DNA of 64,000 bases from Nitrospina sp. UBA6727 (GTDB lineage Bacteria > Nitrospinota > Nitrospinia > Nitrospinales > VA-1). Position numbers and translations under genes: made by a program. This document shows positions 63,702-64,000 of this stretch, in pieces. The notes beneath the pieces were generated by a model that was not told the origin of the DNA, made no database searches, and saw only the letters and a list, made by a program, of their open reading frames with translations. Every line of letters starts with the position of its first letter. Position 1 is the stretch's first letter. The stretch covers positions 15,118-79,117 of the forward strand of contig DKID01000015.1 in NCBI GenBank assembly GCA_002454045.1, written 5' to 3'.

Positions 63702-64000
63702 GAAAAGCTTCAGGAGCAGATCCAAGAAAACGCAAGGGTTTAATAATCGTCAACACGGGAGAAGGCAAGGGGAAGTCCACCGCCGCTTTTGGCCTCGCTT
63801 TGCGTGCCGCAGGAAATAAAATGAATGTATTCATCATGCAGTTTATGAAAGGCCAATGGAAAGCAGGGGAGCGAAAAGCTTTTGAAAAGTTAGCGCCCTA
63901 TGTGGAGATGGTCCCCATGGGAGATGGCTTTACTTGGGATACGAAAAATATTGAGCAGGACAAAGCCACCGCCAAAAAAGCTTTCGAAATTGTTAAAGAA
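63698..64000 (+). CDS. cobO: cob(I)yrinic acid a,c-diamide adenosyltransferase, N-terminal part (3' end outside the window)
   Basis: The ATG overlaps the cbiA stop (ATGA). The frame is open to the window end. Motifs: P-loop NTGEGKGKSTAAFG and FMKG. Confidence 0.85.
   Translation, partial: MRKASGADPRKRKGLIIVNTGEGKGKSTAAFGLALRAAGNKMNVFIMQFMKGQWKAGERKAFEKLAPYVEMVPMGDGFTWDTKNIEQDKATAKKAFEIVKE

Noticed and set aside
1-64000. Search for CRISPR arrays, IS elements, integrases, prophage genes, toxin-antitoxin pairs and classical defence genes.
   Set aside because: No regularly spaced direct repeats were seen. No transposase, integrase or phage-like ORFs were recognised. The Mrr-like domain protein at 10934-11443 is the only nuclease-fold candidate, and it looks degenerate.

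Overview
The window is a gene-dense bacterial chromosomal segment of about 70 genes, mostly housekeeping and cofactor metabolism. No rRNA, CRISPR array, transposase, integrase or phage genes were recognised. In order it holds: folP (partial)-pdxJ; gap-tpiA-secG-tRNA-Leu(GAG), with no pgk between gap and tpiA; a flavoprotein gene followed by a Rieske / split cytochrome b / octahaem cytochrome c operon; metF coupled to an FGE-sulfatase-like gene and a leucine-rich-repeat (LRR) gene; a divergent 519-aa PGK-like gene; RNase E/G; a second FGE-like gene with a HmuY-like gene; a decayed ftsE..envC remnant upstream of ctpA; tsaD, an SDR epimerase, larB, gpsA, a TPR protein, an M48/LysM protease, aconitase and an alpha/beta hydrolase; a second LRR protein; a two-gene module (181-aa unknown plus MBL-fold protein) bracketed by an inverted repeat; tRNA-Met, a Bfd-like gene and larC; two DUF507 genes with an embedded tRNA-Gly(CCC); tatC, rpiB-glyA and nrdR; hemX/ccsA-like-hemA-hemC; nadC; two paralogous DUF1566 proteins; a third LRR protein; ubiE, phzF and a split transketolase; tolC-like-pabB-pabC; and a cobalamin cluster (cbiE-like, ChlI/ChlD-type AAA+/vWA subunit, cobN, cbiA, cobO partial). 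Genes are tightly packed: many stop/start overlaps (ATGA, GTGA, TTGA), many GTG/TTG starts, and several convergent pairs with 0-5 nt spacing. The gene content loosely suggests a Nitrospinota/Nitrospirota-like chemolithotroph, but that is an unverified guess. The observations I rate highest are: (1) the non-canonical Rieske/cyt b complex with an octahaem subunit and an adjacent Cys-less flavoprotein; (2) a short extragenic repeat family (GTCACCGTCG..GGAAAATGAAATC) next to gene 3' ends, two copies of which bracket a two-gene module as an inverted repeat; (3) the ftsE/envC deletion scar; (4) the divergent, relocated PGK; and (5) recurrent LRR, FGE-like and DUF1566 paralogues. All functional calls come from motif recognition by eye, and no database search was possible.
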